From a phage, in assembly GCA_018015315.1 (NCBI GenBank), contig GCA_018015315.1_3629.1: 64,000 nucleotides of DNA. The stretch is one strand, 5' to 3'. The notes under the pieces are model-generated. The model saw nothing but the letters and a program-made list of their open reading frames with translations, was not told the origin of the DNA and made no database searches. Made by a program: the position numbers and the translations under genes. Positions 18,979 through 27,284 of this stretch are shown piece by piece (within the stretch, counting starts at the first letter, position 1; each line of letters begins with the position of its first letter).

Positions 18979-19059
18979 TGTCCGTATCACGGACAGTTAG
19001 TGTCCGTATTACGGGCAGATGTGTCCGCGTGACGGACAGTAGTGTCCGTATCACGGACA
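18979..19059. repeat. four phased 17-bp palindromic sites TGTCCGT-nnn-ACGGACA
   Basis: sites at 18979-18995, 19001-19017, 19022-19038, 19043-19059; centre spacing 22/21/21 bp; flanked by AT-rich DNA. Confidence 0.8.
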
Positions 19060-19134
19060 GTTACTGACCTCTGTTCCAGAGCGAACATAAAACATACGAA
19101 TCCTTATAGTACAGATATTTAAGTTTTTACTGGT

Positions 19135-19485
19135 CTAACCAGTTGTTGACATTCGAATAACCTCTTCTGGTGGCAAAACTTTGGAAAATGTACATCTTTT
19201 ACCTCTCCCTTGTGTGGATATTTCAACCACTCCTGCACATTCTAAAGTTTTAACGCACGCTGCTGCTTTTGTTTTCTTTATCCCAACATCTGCTGCAATT
19301 TTCCTTGTGCTTGGTGTGAAGCGTGAATTTCCTCCAAGCTTATACCAGTTGTGCAGGTAGCAGTATACGATCTTGTCATATAAGTCAAGAACAACAACCT
19401 CCCCAGTTGTGTCATTCAAAACTTTTGACATAGACAGTATTTCAAGGGGGACTTTAAGATATAGCAGCTTATCCCCATCTTTCAT
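19135..19485 (-). CDS. putative winged-helix DNA-binding protein
   Basis: 116 aa; C-terminal segment resembles HTH/winged-helix; gene ends about 60 bp from palindrome array. Confidence 0.4.
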   Translation of the reverse strand: MKDGDKLLYLKVPLEILSMSKVLNDTTGEVVVLDLYDKIVYCYLHNWYKLGGNSRFTPSTRKIAADVGIKKTKAAACVKTLECAGVVEISTQGRGKRCTFSKVLPPEEVIRMSTTG

Positions 19486-19532
19486 ATCTCCTGATTCTCC
19501 TTGTGTGGCAATTTTCTTTAAAATAGCAGGGA

Positions 19533-20087
19533 TTACTCCCCGCTGTCAATAGCAAGACTCATTGCAATAAGGTATGCCTCTTCTAATGGTAAGAGTCTCC
19601 CCCACACATCCCAACCGACATCAAACTGCCTGCCAAACAACTGCTGTGTGGTTCCGTGAGCATGACCGAACAGTTGGACTGATCCGTGAGGCTTTCTGTT
19701 CCACTTTGCAAACTGGTAATGGCTCATACAGATCAAATTCTTGTTGTGGCGAAGCTCGTAATAATCTACAACCTCATGACCGAACTCTTTCATAATTCTG
19801 ACAGTCGTCCTTGTGTCATGGTTACCACGAACAAGAATAATATGTCCGTTCAACATATTTAGAACATCTGGGAGCAATTTGTTGATATTCTTATCATTAG
19901 TGCACGCAATATCTCCCAAGTGAAACACAGTGTCTGCAGGCGACACAACAGAGTTCCACTCGGCGATGATTCCCGCATTCATACTGTCAAGATTGTGATC
20001 ATACTGAGATCTGTGTTTTTGACATGAATCAAACTCCATGACCCGCTGGTGGAGAAAGTGTGTGTCGCTTGTTACAAAGTATTTCAT
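19533..20087 (-). CDS. calcineurin-like metallophosphoesterase
   Basis: motifs DTHF, GDIA, GNHD in order; start moved to ATG (MKYFVTSDTHF) with GAGGA RBS overlapping stop of kinase gene. Confidence 0.75.
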   Translation of the reverse strand: MKYFVTSDTHFLHQRVMEFDSCQKHRSQYDHNLDSMNAGIIAEWNSVVSPADTVFHLGDIACTNDKNINKLLPDVLNMLNGHIILVRGNHDTRTTVRIMKEFGHEVVDYYELRHNKNLICMSHYQFAKWNRKPHGSVQLFGHAHGTTQQLFGRQFDVGWDVWGRLLPLEEAYLIAMSLAIDSGE

Positions 20088-20094
20088 ACATTCC

Positions 20095-20505
20095 TCATTT
20101 AAGTTTAATGCAGTTTTTAAGCTGGCGTTCCATACGATCCACAACCTTGTCTGGAACATCATGAATGCTTTTATTACCGTGGCGGTTTTCAACCACGATC
20201 ACGGTATAACTATACCCATGACTGATTGCCATGTCAACATATTCCTGCACATGTTTTTCTTTTGTAAACGTATTACTTACCACGATACGGTCGTATCCCA
20301 TACGCATCATATCTTCTACGTTATCTTTGCACCATTTTGCTGCGAGTGTTACTTTACTTGCATCCCAGTTGTAATTGCCGTCATCGTCATACCAGAACAT
20401 ATCGTTCTCAAAATGTGGATACAGACCTTCTAAAGATAGCGCATTTGCCAGTGTTGATTTGCCAGACCCTGGCAGACCACGCACGATATATAGCATTTTA
20501 GACAT
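20095..20505 (-). CDS. P-loop kinase (polynucleotide-kinase-like)
   Basis: Walker A GLPGSGKST at N-terminus, about 135 aa; start at ATG (MSKMLYIV) with GGAGG RBS. Confidence 0.6.
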   Translation of the reverse strand: MSKMLYIVRGLPGSGKSTLANALSLEGLYPHFENDMFWYDDDGNYNWDASKVTLAAKWCKDNVEDMMRMGYDRIVVSNTFTKEKHVQEYVDMAISHGYSYTVIVVENRHGNKSIHDVPDKVVDRMERQLKNCIKLK

Positions 20506-20533
20506 AGCAATCCTCCGTTTTAATTTTAATGAT

Positions 20534-20562
20534 AGTATACCTAACTGTTTTGTTAATTTCAA
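20534..20562 (-). promoter_or_regulatory. sigma70-like promoter for kinase/phosphoesterase operon
   Basis: minus-strand TTGAAA-17 bp-TATACT upstream of RBS. Confidence 0.45.
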
Positions 20563-20623
20563 GTGTTGACACTAGGTTATTTGTGTGGCAGGATAGACTG
20601 ACAAAATGACAAATGAGGAACGT

Positions 20624-21541
20624 ATGATGAAGTATTTTAATGCAGATGACCTAGTAGACAAAGGTCTTGTAACCAGTCGGTATTATCCAGATCTTGGATT
20701 AAAGATCTATAAATATGCCAGAAAAGTATTCTACAACAATCTGTGGCATTTGTCTCCGCGTTTACTGGAGTGCCGAGGTATTGTTGTTGGCAATGAGGGG
20801 AATGTTGTGGCATGGCCTTTCACAAAAGTATTCAACTTAGGAGAAAACTCCACCAACCTACCGGACAGTAAACTTGTTACTGCGGTAGAGAAAAAGAACG
20901 GATTCCTCGGTGTGGTATCATCTCATAAAGGTGAACTATTGTTCTCAACAACCGGGTCTCTTGATTCTCCATATTGTAACCTTGCAAAGGAAACCATCCA
21001 AGAGCAATGTGGTAATTTAGATCTTATCAAGAAGGTTATGGGCAATGAAAACATGACATTCATGTTTGAAATTTGTCACCCTTCAGATCCGCATATTGTT
21101 CAAGAAGACCATGGCGCATATTTGATAGGTTGCAGATATAATGATTCTGGAATAATGCTACCAGAAGCAGCTTTAGATGGGATTGCCAAATACCTTGGTG
21201 CAAAACGTCCTCACACTGTGCGTGAAATCCCGTTCAGCTATGCAAAAGAATTAGCTGCAGAAACAAGGGGCGAAGGGTATATGATCCGTAAGCCTTACTA
21301 CCCTTATGACCTGCAGCTGAAGATCAAGTCTCCATACTATTTGGCACGGAAGGCCGTAATGAGAGGTAAAGCATGGAAGATTTGGGATGACGATATTTTT
21401 AAACGTGTTGACGAGGAGTTTTACGGTATGGTAAAATTTATTCGTAGCAACTATACAGAAGATGTGTGGAATTGCTTATTAGAGCAGGAGCGTCGCGAGA
21501 TACTGGACTGCTATTTCCACAACGAGGACTACATGAAATGA
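20624..21541 (+). CDS. RNA-ligase-like nucleotidyltransferase
   Basis: ligase motifs: I EKKNGF, III FMFEI, IV EGYMIRK, V LKIKSP; start taken at ATG 20624 after GAGGA (track start 20606). Confidence 0.5.
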   Translation: MMKYFNADDLVDKGLVTSRYYPDLGLKIYKYARKVFYNNLWHLSPRLLECRGIVVGNEGNVVAWPFTKVFNLGENSTNLPDSKLVTAVEKKNGFLGVVSSHKGELLFSTTGSLDSPYCNLAKETIQEQCGNLDLIKKVMGNENMTFMFEICHPSDPHIVQEDHGAYLIGCRYNDSGIMLPEAALDGIAKYLGAKRPHTVREIPFSYAKELAAETRGEGYMIRKPYYPYDLQLKIKSPYYLARKAVMRGKAWKIWDDDIFKRVDEEFYGMVKFIRSNYTEDVWNCLLEQERREILDCYFHNEDYMK

Positions 21542-21888
21542 AGAAGTGGATTGTGTGGCTTGATGATTTTAGAGATCCGTCAGATTATGGACTCCCAGAC
21601 GCTCTGTGGCTAAAGAATTCTTCTGAATTTATGGATTTTCTTAATGATAAGAGAAAGCTCTACAGACGCGTATCTGAATGGTATTTTGACAATGATCTAG
21701 GTGAAGTTCTTGAAGGGTACGACTGCTTCTCTGCGCTAGAGGAGAAACTTGTATTCGGAAAGCCACCACTTATTGACAACGTGATTATTTTCGTGCATAC
21801 TTCTAATCCATCGGCAGCTCGTAAATTTATGCTTGCTGCTGACTCATTCAAGAAGTTTGGAATAGAGATCAAACAAAACATCTACTGA
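21538..21888 (+). CDS. hypothetical protein coupled to Sir2-like gene
   Basis: 116 aa; ATG overlaps ligase stop (ATGA); ends 9 bp before Sir2-like start. Confidence 0.4.
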   Translation: MKKWIVWLDDFRDPSDYGLPDALWLKNSSEFMDFLNDKRKLYRRVSEWYFDNDLGEVLEGYDCFSALEEKLVFGKPPLIDNVIIFVHTSNPSAARKFMLAADSFKKFGIEIKQNIY

Positions 21889-21896
21889 GGACACTT

Positions 21897-22658
21897 ATGC
21901 GACGACTGATTATTATCTCCGGTGCTGGTTTGAGCGCTGAATCTGGTATTCCCACTTTCCGATCTGGTAGCACTGCAATGTGGGAGAATTTCAGCATCGA
22001 TGAGGTGTGCAACATCCACACCTTTGCCAAGAACTACTATAAGGTGCATGACTTTTACAATGCACGTCGTGTAGCTCTGGGCAGTGTTGATCCTAACCTT
22101 GCACATCTTCGGATCGCTGAGTGGTATTCCCGCTGGTCTGGTCGTGTGATCAACCTTACCACCAATGTAGATGATTTGCTGGAGCGTGCTGGTGTAAAAC
22201 ATGAAGATATTTTACATGTCCACGGGTATTTGCCTGAAATCACCTACGAAGATGCTGAAGGTAATGATGTAATTAAAAATATCGGATACACGGAGGTAGA
22301 TACAGGCAAGTATACCTGGGTTAAGCCCAATGTAGTGTTCTTCGGTGAGGTTGCTCCTAAGTATACAGACATGTATGACCTGTTGACATCTCTCACAAGC
22401 AATGATATGGTGATCCTAGTAGGTTGTTCTAACACAGTTATTAATTTTAACTGGGAATTGTTTCCTGCTACTTGTAAAGGCACAAAACTGCTGATTGTAA
22501 ACAAGTATGACTCGCAGAGTGCAGATGGAAGTGGCATTTCACGTAGCGACCTTTATCAATATGAGGATCGCGGGATCCCTGTATGGTTTAACGGTGCTGT
22601 TGACGCTTTCTCTGATAAAGCATTTATTGAAACTGTAGAAAACTTTATGGAACTTTAA
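21897..22658 (+). CDS. Sir2-family protein (no zinc ribbon)
   Basis: GAGLSAESGIPTFRS, TTNVDDL, catalytic HG, VVFFGE motifs; no CxxC pairs. Confidence 0.75.
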   Translation: MRRLIIISGAGLSAESGIPTFRSGSTAMWENFSIDEVCNIHTFAKNYYKVHDFYNARRVALGSVDPNLAHLRIAEWYSRWSGRVINLTTNVDDLLERAGVKHEDILHVHGYLPEITYEDAEGNDVIKNIGYTEVDTGKYTWVKPNVVFFGEVAPKYTDMYDLLTSLTSNDMVILVGCSNTVINFNWELFPATCKGTKLLIVNKYDSQSADGSGISRSDLYQYEDRGIPVWFNGAVDAFSDKAFIETVENFMEL

Positions 22659-22671
22659 AAGGAGACCTTTA

Positions 22672-23385
22672 ATGCTGAATACTAAACTGATCGACAACCT
22701 GGAAAAACTGTCTCAGCCTGAAAACTACCTTTGGTCTGCCAACTGGGTGGAAAACTGGAACCGTGTGGCAGCTAAAGTGAAAAAATCATACACACCATTC
22801 GAATTACAGCTTAGCTTCATTGAGGAAGAGTTCAATGAGGTTTTGGAAGAGCTGGAGAAAGGTGATGGTGGAGATCACCTGCTAAAAGAGGCCTGCGATC
22901 TTCACGTTGTCACAAGTTATGCCGCTTATCTTGTTAATGATAATCACGAAAAGTGGTCAAACCTGTTTGATAATCCACGAGGTCTTAAGTTCAAGATCGG
23001 TGAGTTCTATGATACACTGATCGCTGCGAAAAACACATCCAAGCAAAGAGCGTCAGCTTACCGCTTAGCGGAGTTGTCAACAGCTTTGCTGTTCCAGCTT
23101 CGCGGCGATGTGTGTGGGATGATGCGGAAGGTTCTCAAATCTAATGACAGTAAGTTTGCACGGATCAACCATCTACGATATTCTCACAGTGCCAGTGCAG
23201 ATATGTCTACTGAATTGCTCATAGAGTTAGAGATTGAAGATCTTGAGCGTCGTTTTGGTGGTCGCTACGAAGGTTTCGTTGCTAAAGAGGAGTTCTACAA
23301 CGGTAATAAAGTTATTATATTCCTTGACAGTAAAGGTAAGATTATGAAGCCTTCGAGCTTCAAGGATGTAACAGAGTATATTTAA
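22672..23385 (+). CDS. MazG-like nucleotide pyrophosphohydrolase domain protein
   Basis: N-terminal EEEFNEVLEELEKGD...KEACDLH resembles MazG EExxE/D motif. Confidence 0.4.
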   Translation: MLNTKLIDNLEKLSQPENYLWSANWVENWNRVAAKVKKSYTPFELQLSFIEEEFNEVLEELEKGDGGDHLLKEACDLHVVTSYAAYLVNDNHEKWSNLFDNPRGLKFKIGEFYDTLIAAKNTSKQRASAYRLAELSTALLFQLRGDVCGMMRKVLKSNDSKFARINHLRYSHSASADMSTELLIELEIEDLERRFGGRYEGFVAKEEFYNGNKVIIFLDSKGKIMKPSSFKDVTEYI

Positions 23386-23391
23386 CAACAT

Positions 23392-23418
23392 AGCCGGGAT
23401 TACCCGGCTTTACTTATT
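23392..23418 (+). terminator. rho-independent terminator
   Basis: AGCCGGG-ATTA-CCCGGCT followed by TTTACTTATT. Confidence 0.5.
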
Positions 23419-23447
23419 ATGGAAAGTATGCAGTGAGGTAGTTAGTT

Positions 23448-23756
23448 ATGTACAAGCATTCCAGAGATCTTGAAAAAGATGCTGTGTTTGGCGACCAGAT
23501 GAAGGAGCTGATCAAACTTATAGGTAGAATGGAAGATAAGTTTGACACTAAAATCTACATCGATAGCAAGATCTTCAACCACAAAATATGGACAAATGTG
23601 TGTGTTGGGCTACATGGTGATAAAGATATTGTAAATTTGGTTGTAATAAAGTTCATAGTGTGGCAGAATAGGACTATACGTTATTCCGATCCACACTTAC
23701 TTGTTTATCCTATAAAAGACCTACTACAGAAGGAGGACTGCAATGCCGTTATTTAA
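23448..23756 (+). CDS. hypothetical protein
   Basis: 102 aa ORF. Confidence 0.4.
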   Translation: MYKHSRDLEKDAVFGDQMKELIKLIGRMEDKFDTKIYIDSKIFNHKIWTNVCVGLHGDKDIVNLVVIKFIVWQNRTIRYSDPHLLVYPIKDLLQKEDCNAVI

Positions 23757-24012
23757 TCTTGCTAAACCTGTAGAAGCACACCAGTTTGATGGAAGCTCTT
23801 CATCAGTATCTGATCTGCAACGGTGGATTGATACAGGTGTGTTTACATCGTCACCTGTTCGGACCAGAGATATTCGTCGCATGTGTGAGCTTGTTGAGCC
23901 GTTTGGCAACTTGGTTTTGTACCAGGGAGATTGGTTAGTTGACTTTATGGGAGACTGGTCGGTAATGAGTAAAGAAGAGATGTTTAAAATTTTTAAGGAA
24001 GAGGCCGAGTAA
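23743..24012 (+). CDS. hypothetical protein
   Basis: 89 aa ORF overlapping neighbours. Confidence 0.4.
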   Translation: MPLFNLAKPVEAHQFDGSSSSVSDLQRWIDTGVFTSSPVRTRDIRRMCELVEPFGNLVLYQGDWLVDFMGDWSVMSKEEMFKIFKEEAE

Positions 24013-25295
24013 TGCATCAAATCAAAACAACACTGTACGCACTGAACAAAGATGGCAGCTACCAACAGTGGAAAGTATTCACTGATGGCGAAAAGGTTAT
24101 CGTAGAGTTTGGCAAGCTTGACGGTAAATTGCAGTACAAAGAGACGGTATGCACACCTAAAAACGTAGGTCGTGCCAACGAGACTACAGCTGAGCAACAG
24201 GCCGAGCTTGAGGCTATCAGCAAGTGGGAAAAACAAGTCCGTCTGGGGTATGTTGAAAACATGGAAGATTGCGAGCAGGGTGTTGATCTTTTACCTATGC
24301 TGGTGCATGACTACCTGAAGCGTGGCAAGGCACTTAAATTACCTTGCTGGATCTTGCGTAAGTTAGATGGCCTTCGTCTGCTTGTTGTTTTCCAAAATGG
24401 TGAGCCTAAATTTATTTCCCGTGGTAATAAGTCCTACCCTATTCAAGGAAAGCTTTTAGAGCAACTTCGTTCTTTCCATTCTACCACTGGGATTAAACAA
24501 CTTGATGGGGAACTATACATTCATGGTCTTCCTTTGCAGAAAATAGTGTCTCTTGCTAAACGGTGGCGCACACAGGAAGAGATTCAGGCCGAGATCGATA
24601 AAGACTATGAGGCAGATAAAAAACGCCGTCATGCAGCAATTAAGGCAGGCTTATCAACATACAAAAACTTCAACAAGGTAGATATTCCTGTCGATGTTGA
24701 GCCTGTTCGTGATGATTTGCGTTACGGTGGGTACTGTAGCTACGATCTGGAGTATCACATTTTTGATATTCCTAGCGACAAGGTGTGGTGGGATCCAGAA
24801 ACAGAGTCTGGACGCTGCAAGGATCTTATGGATGCAGAGGATACCGTTACCACTCTGATGCTTGATCATATCAAGGTTGTTGACGCAGAGCTTGCGTACA
24901 CAGTTGATCATTGCGAAGAATCTGTTGGTATATTCATGTCCGAAGGATATGAAGGTACTATCATGCGTAATTTCTGCGGTAAATATGAGTATGGTCAGCG
25001 AACATCTGAAGCATTGAAATGGAAAAAGTTCAACGACGCAGAGGTGAAAGTTATTGACGTTGAGAAAGATAAGAATGATGAAGGTGTTCTTATCTGTGTT
25101 GACAAGGAAGGTGTTGTTGTTAAAATGAAGATGAAAGGCACGCACGAGGAGCGTAGCTATGACAGGATGCAGGAAATGATCGGCAAGTTTGTCACCTTCA
25201 AATACCAAGCAAGGACAGAAGACAACAACTACCAATTCCCTGTCGGTATCTGCGTCCGAAATGTTAACCCAGACACTTGGGAGGTGCTTGAATGA
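24012..25295 (+). CDS. ATP-dependent DNA ligase
   Basis: 427 aa; motif I KLDGLR (KxDGxR) and downstream ligase-like motifs. Confidence 0.8.
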   Translation: MHQIKTTLYALNKDGSYQQWKVFTDGEKVIVEFGKLDGKLQYKETVCTPKNVGRANETTAEQQAELEAISKWEKQVRLGYVENMEDCEQGVDLLPMLVHDYLKRGKALKLPCWILRKLDGLRLLVVFQNGEPKFISRGNKSYPIQGKLLEQLRSFHSTTGIKQLDGELYIHGLPLQKIVSLAKRWRTQEEIQAEIDKDYEADKKRRHAAIKAGLSTYKNFNKVDIPVDVEPVRDDLRYGGYCSYDLEYHIFDIPSDKVWWDPETESGRCKDLMDAEDTVTTLMLDHIKVVDAELAYTVDHCEESVGIFMSEGYEGTIMRNFCGKYEYGQRTSEALKWKKFNDAEVKVIDVEKDKNDEGVLICVDKEGVVVKMKMKGTHEERSYDRMQEMIGKFVTFKYQARTEDNNYQFPVGICVRNVNPDTWEVLE

Positions 25296-25418
25296 TGTAG
25301 GAAGGTTCAGTAGGTAACGGTAGCCAATTGAATGATGGTTTTCAATCGGCACCTACATAACCACACTGTGTAGTGTTGTTGATCGTGTTAGTTATGAGTA
25401 AACTGGAGAGTATGAAAA

Positions 25419-25889
25419 ATGAAACTTGATAAAAATGTTCAACGAAAAGCTTTCTTGGACATGATCGCATATTCGGAAGGCACAGATAATGGTAGGCAAC
25501 CCACTAAGGATCGGGGATACGATGTCATAGTTGGTGGCAAGCTGTTTAGCGATTACAGCAAGCATCCAGGTGTGTACGTTAAGCTAAATGCTAAACTTAC
25601 CTCCTCCGCTGCTGGTCGTTACCAGGTTTTGGAGAAGTTTGCTAAACACTACATGGAACAGTTAGGATTGCCAGATTTTGGCCCTGCCAGTCAGGACAAG
25701 ATTGCGTTGCAACTGATCCGTGAGTGCAAGGCTCTCGCCGACATTGACGAAGGGCGTATCCACGAGGCTATCCATAAATGCCGTTCCCGCTGGGCTTCGT
25801 TACCTGGTGCTGGATATGGTCAGCATGAACAGAAGATCGAGAAGTTGATCGAGGTGTTTAAAAAGGCAGGCGGTGTTGTCCTTGATTGA
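25419..25889 (+). CDS. endolysin, lambda R-type lytic transglycosylase
   Basis: 156 aa; near-colinear similarity to lambda R from memory (QRKAFLDM..SEGTDNGRQ..GYDVIVGG..ASLPGAGYGQ). Confidence 0.9.
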   Translation: MKLDKNVQRKAFLDMIAYSEGTDNGRQPTKDRGYDVIVGGKLFSDYSKHPGVYVKLNAKLTSSAAGRYQVLEKFAKHYMEQLGLPDFGPASQDKIALQLIRECKALADIDEGRIHEAIHKCRSRWASLPGAGYGQHEQKIEKLIEVFKKAGGVVLD

Positions 25890-25952
25890 TCATTGACATA
25901 ACCACACGGACGTGGTATTGTTACCTCATAAAATGTTTAGGAGGGCTTAACC

Positions 25953-26159
25953 ATGAAAGATTTTCTGTTGGCAATTTTGTTCATGGCAGCATGTCTGGCC
26001 TGTGGTGTCGTGTTTGCAGGTGAAACAGCGTATCTTGTCGATGTATATCGGGACAATGGTAAACGTATTTGCCTTTATGAGACAAGTCAAGGTGAGCTCT
26101 ACGAGCTTGTGAAACAAGGCGAGGCTGGATCTTGTCCTCGCACCCATTTCTTTGAATGA
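25953..26159 (+). CDS. small secreted/lipoprotein-like protein after endolysin
   Basis: 68 aa; single N-terminal hydrophobic segment with Cys; not holin-like topology. Confidence 0.4.
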   Translation: MKDFLLAILFMAACLACGVVFAGETAYLVDVYRDNGKRICLYETSQGELYELVKQGEAGSCPRTHFFE

Positions 26160-26168
26160 GGAGAATAC

Positions 26169-26633
26169 GTGGAAGACGGACGTTTAATGAAGTCTGAACG
26201 CAGGCTTATTGTGCAACTGATCCCAGAAACAGCTTGGTATAATAACCTCCGAAACGCTGTGAAGAAGAGTGAGTGGGATAAGATCCGTAAGAAGTGCTAC
26301 AGAGAAGCAAACTACACTTGCGAGGTGTGCGGAGGTAAAGGCAGCAAACATCCAGTTGAGTGTCATGAACTTTACACTTTCGAAGAAGGAGTGATCCGGC
26401 TTGTCGGACTGATAGCGTTGTGCCCAGATTGTCACACATCGGTGCATCCTGGGTTAGCAAATATCCGTGGAAAGTATGCTCAGGCAGTTAATCAGTTGGC
26501 TAAGGTGAATAAGATCACCAAGGGTATGGCAGAGGCGTATTACCGAGACTGCTTTGCAGAGTGGCGTGAGCTTAGTAAAGTTCCAGAATGGAAGACTGAC
26601 TTTTCGTGGATAGAGGGTTACCTTGATGGCTAA
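26169..26633 (+). CDS. zinc-finger protein, HNH-like nuclease candidate
   Basis: CEVCGG...ECHELY...CPDCH cysteine/histidine pattern; GTG start after GAGGAG. Confidence 0.4.
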   Translation: MEDGRLMKSERRLIVQLIPETAWYNNLRNAVKKSEWDKIRKKCYREANYTCEVCGGKGSKHPVECHELYTFEEGVIRLVGLIALCPDCHTSVHPGLANIRGKYAQAVNQLAKVNKITKGMAEAYYRDCFAEWRELSKVPEWKTDFSWIEGYLDG

Positions 26634-26916
26634 GAAACCTGTAAAAGAGAAATTTGATAAGACAGCTTTTGTATTCGATACACCTTTGGACGATATCATC
26701 AGAGGTATGCAAGCCTTGTATCGGAAGTCTGAATCTGAGCAGCTGTCGGAATCAGAGCTTTACTGGTTGGGTTGGTGGGAGCTTAATCTACCTAAAGCTG
26801 AAAGCTCTGATCTAAAAACCGTTAAAACGTGTGCCCAAGAAAATGCTGCACTTGGAATTTACCACAAAAGAAAAAGATCAACAAAAAGCTCTCCAAGAAA
26901 GACTAAAAAGTCTTGA
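26626..26916 (+). CDS. hypothetical basic protein
   Basis: ATG overlapping upstream stop; Lys/Arg-rich C-terminus. Confidence 0.4.
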   Translation: MAKKPVKEKFDKTAFVFDTPLDDIIRGMQALYRKSESEQLSESELYWLGWWELNLPKAESSDLKTVKTCAQENAALGIYHKRKRSTKSSPRKTKKS

Positions 26917-26942
26917 CAAATGAGTCTCTGATCTGATATTAT
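26913..26942 (+). promoter_or_regulatory. sigma70-like promoter
   Basis: TTGACA-18 bp-TATTAT. Confidence 0.5.
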
Positions 26943-26975
26943 CAGTTAACTATTTATTAACTAGGAGAACTAGGT

Positions 26976-27284
26976 ATGCTTAAAATTTTTATTGTTGAAG
27001 ATAAAGATATCGTCCAGTTGTATGCAAACGAGAATCACAAAGGTATGATTCTGAAGAAGGCAAAAAACCTTCATGAAAACACAATTCAACCGGGCGATGT
27101 AATTAAGATCTGTGGTTATATGATACCAGACTCCTTGATGAAAATAACCCACCACTGGGGGTCTAATCCGTTCCTTTTTGAAAAGTATTGGGATGTTGAG
27201 TCACTTATTGCAGAGAGTGATGATGCATTTCATTACAGCATCCAACCATCTTGCAGAATAACTAACAGGAGGGGCTTTGAGTAG
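26976..27284 (+). CDS. hypothetical protein
   Basis: 102 aa; AGGAGAA RBS. Confidence 0.45.
   Translation: MLKIFIVEDKDIVQLYANENHKGMILKKAKNLHENTIQPGDVIKICGYMIPDSLMKITHHWGSNPFLFEKYWDVESLIAESDDAFHYSIQPSCRITNRRGFE

Noticed and set aside
18979-19059. CRISPR array
   Set aside because: Only four short palindromic units with 4-5 bp gaps and no unique spacers; architecture fits protein-binding sites, not CRISPR.
25953-26159. Holin immediately downstream of the endolysin
   Set aside because: Only one N-terminal hydrophobic segment with cysteines (signal or lipoprotein-like) and a soluble Cys-containing domain; not a typical holin topology.
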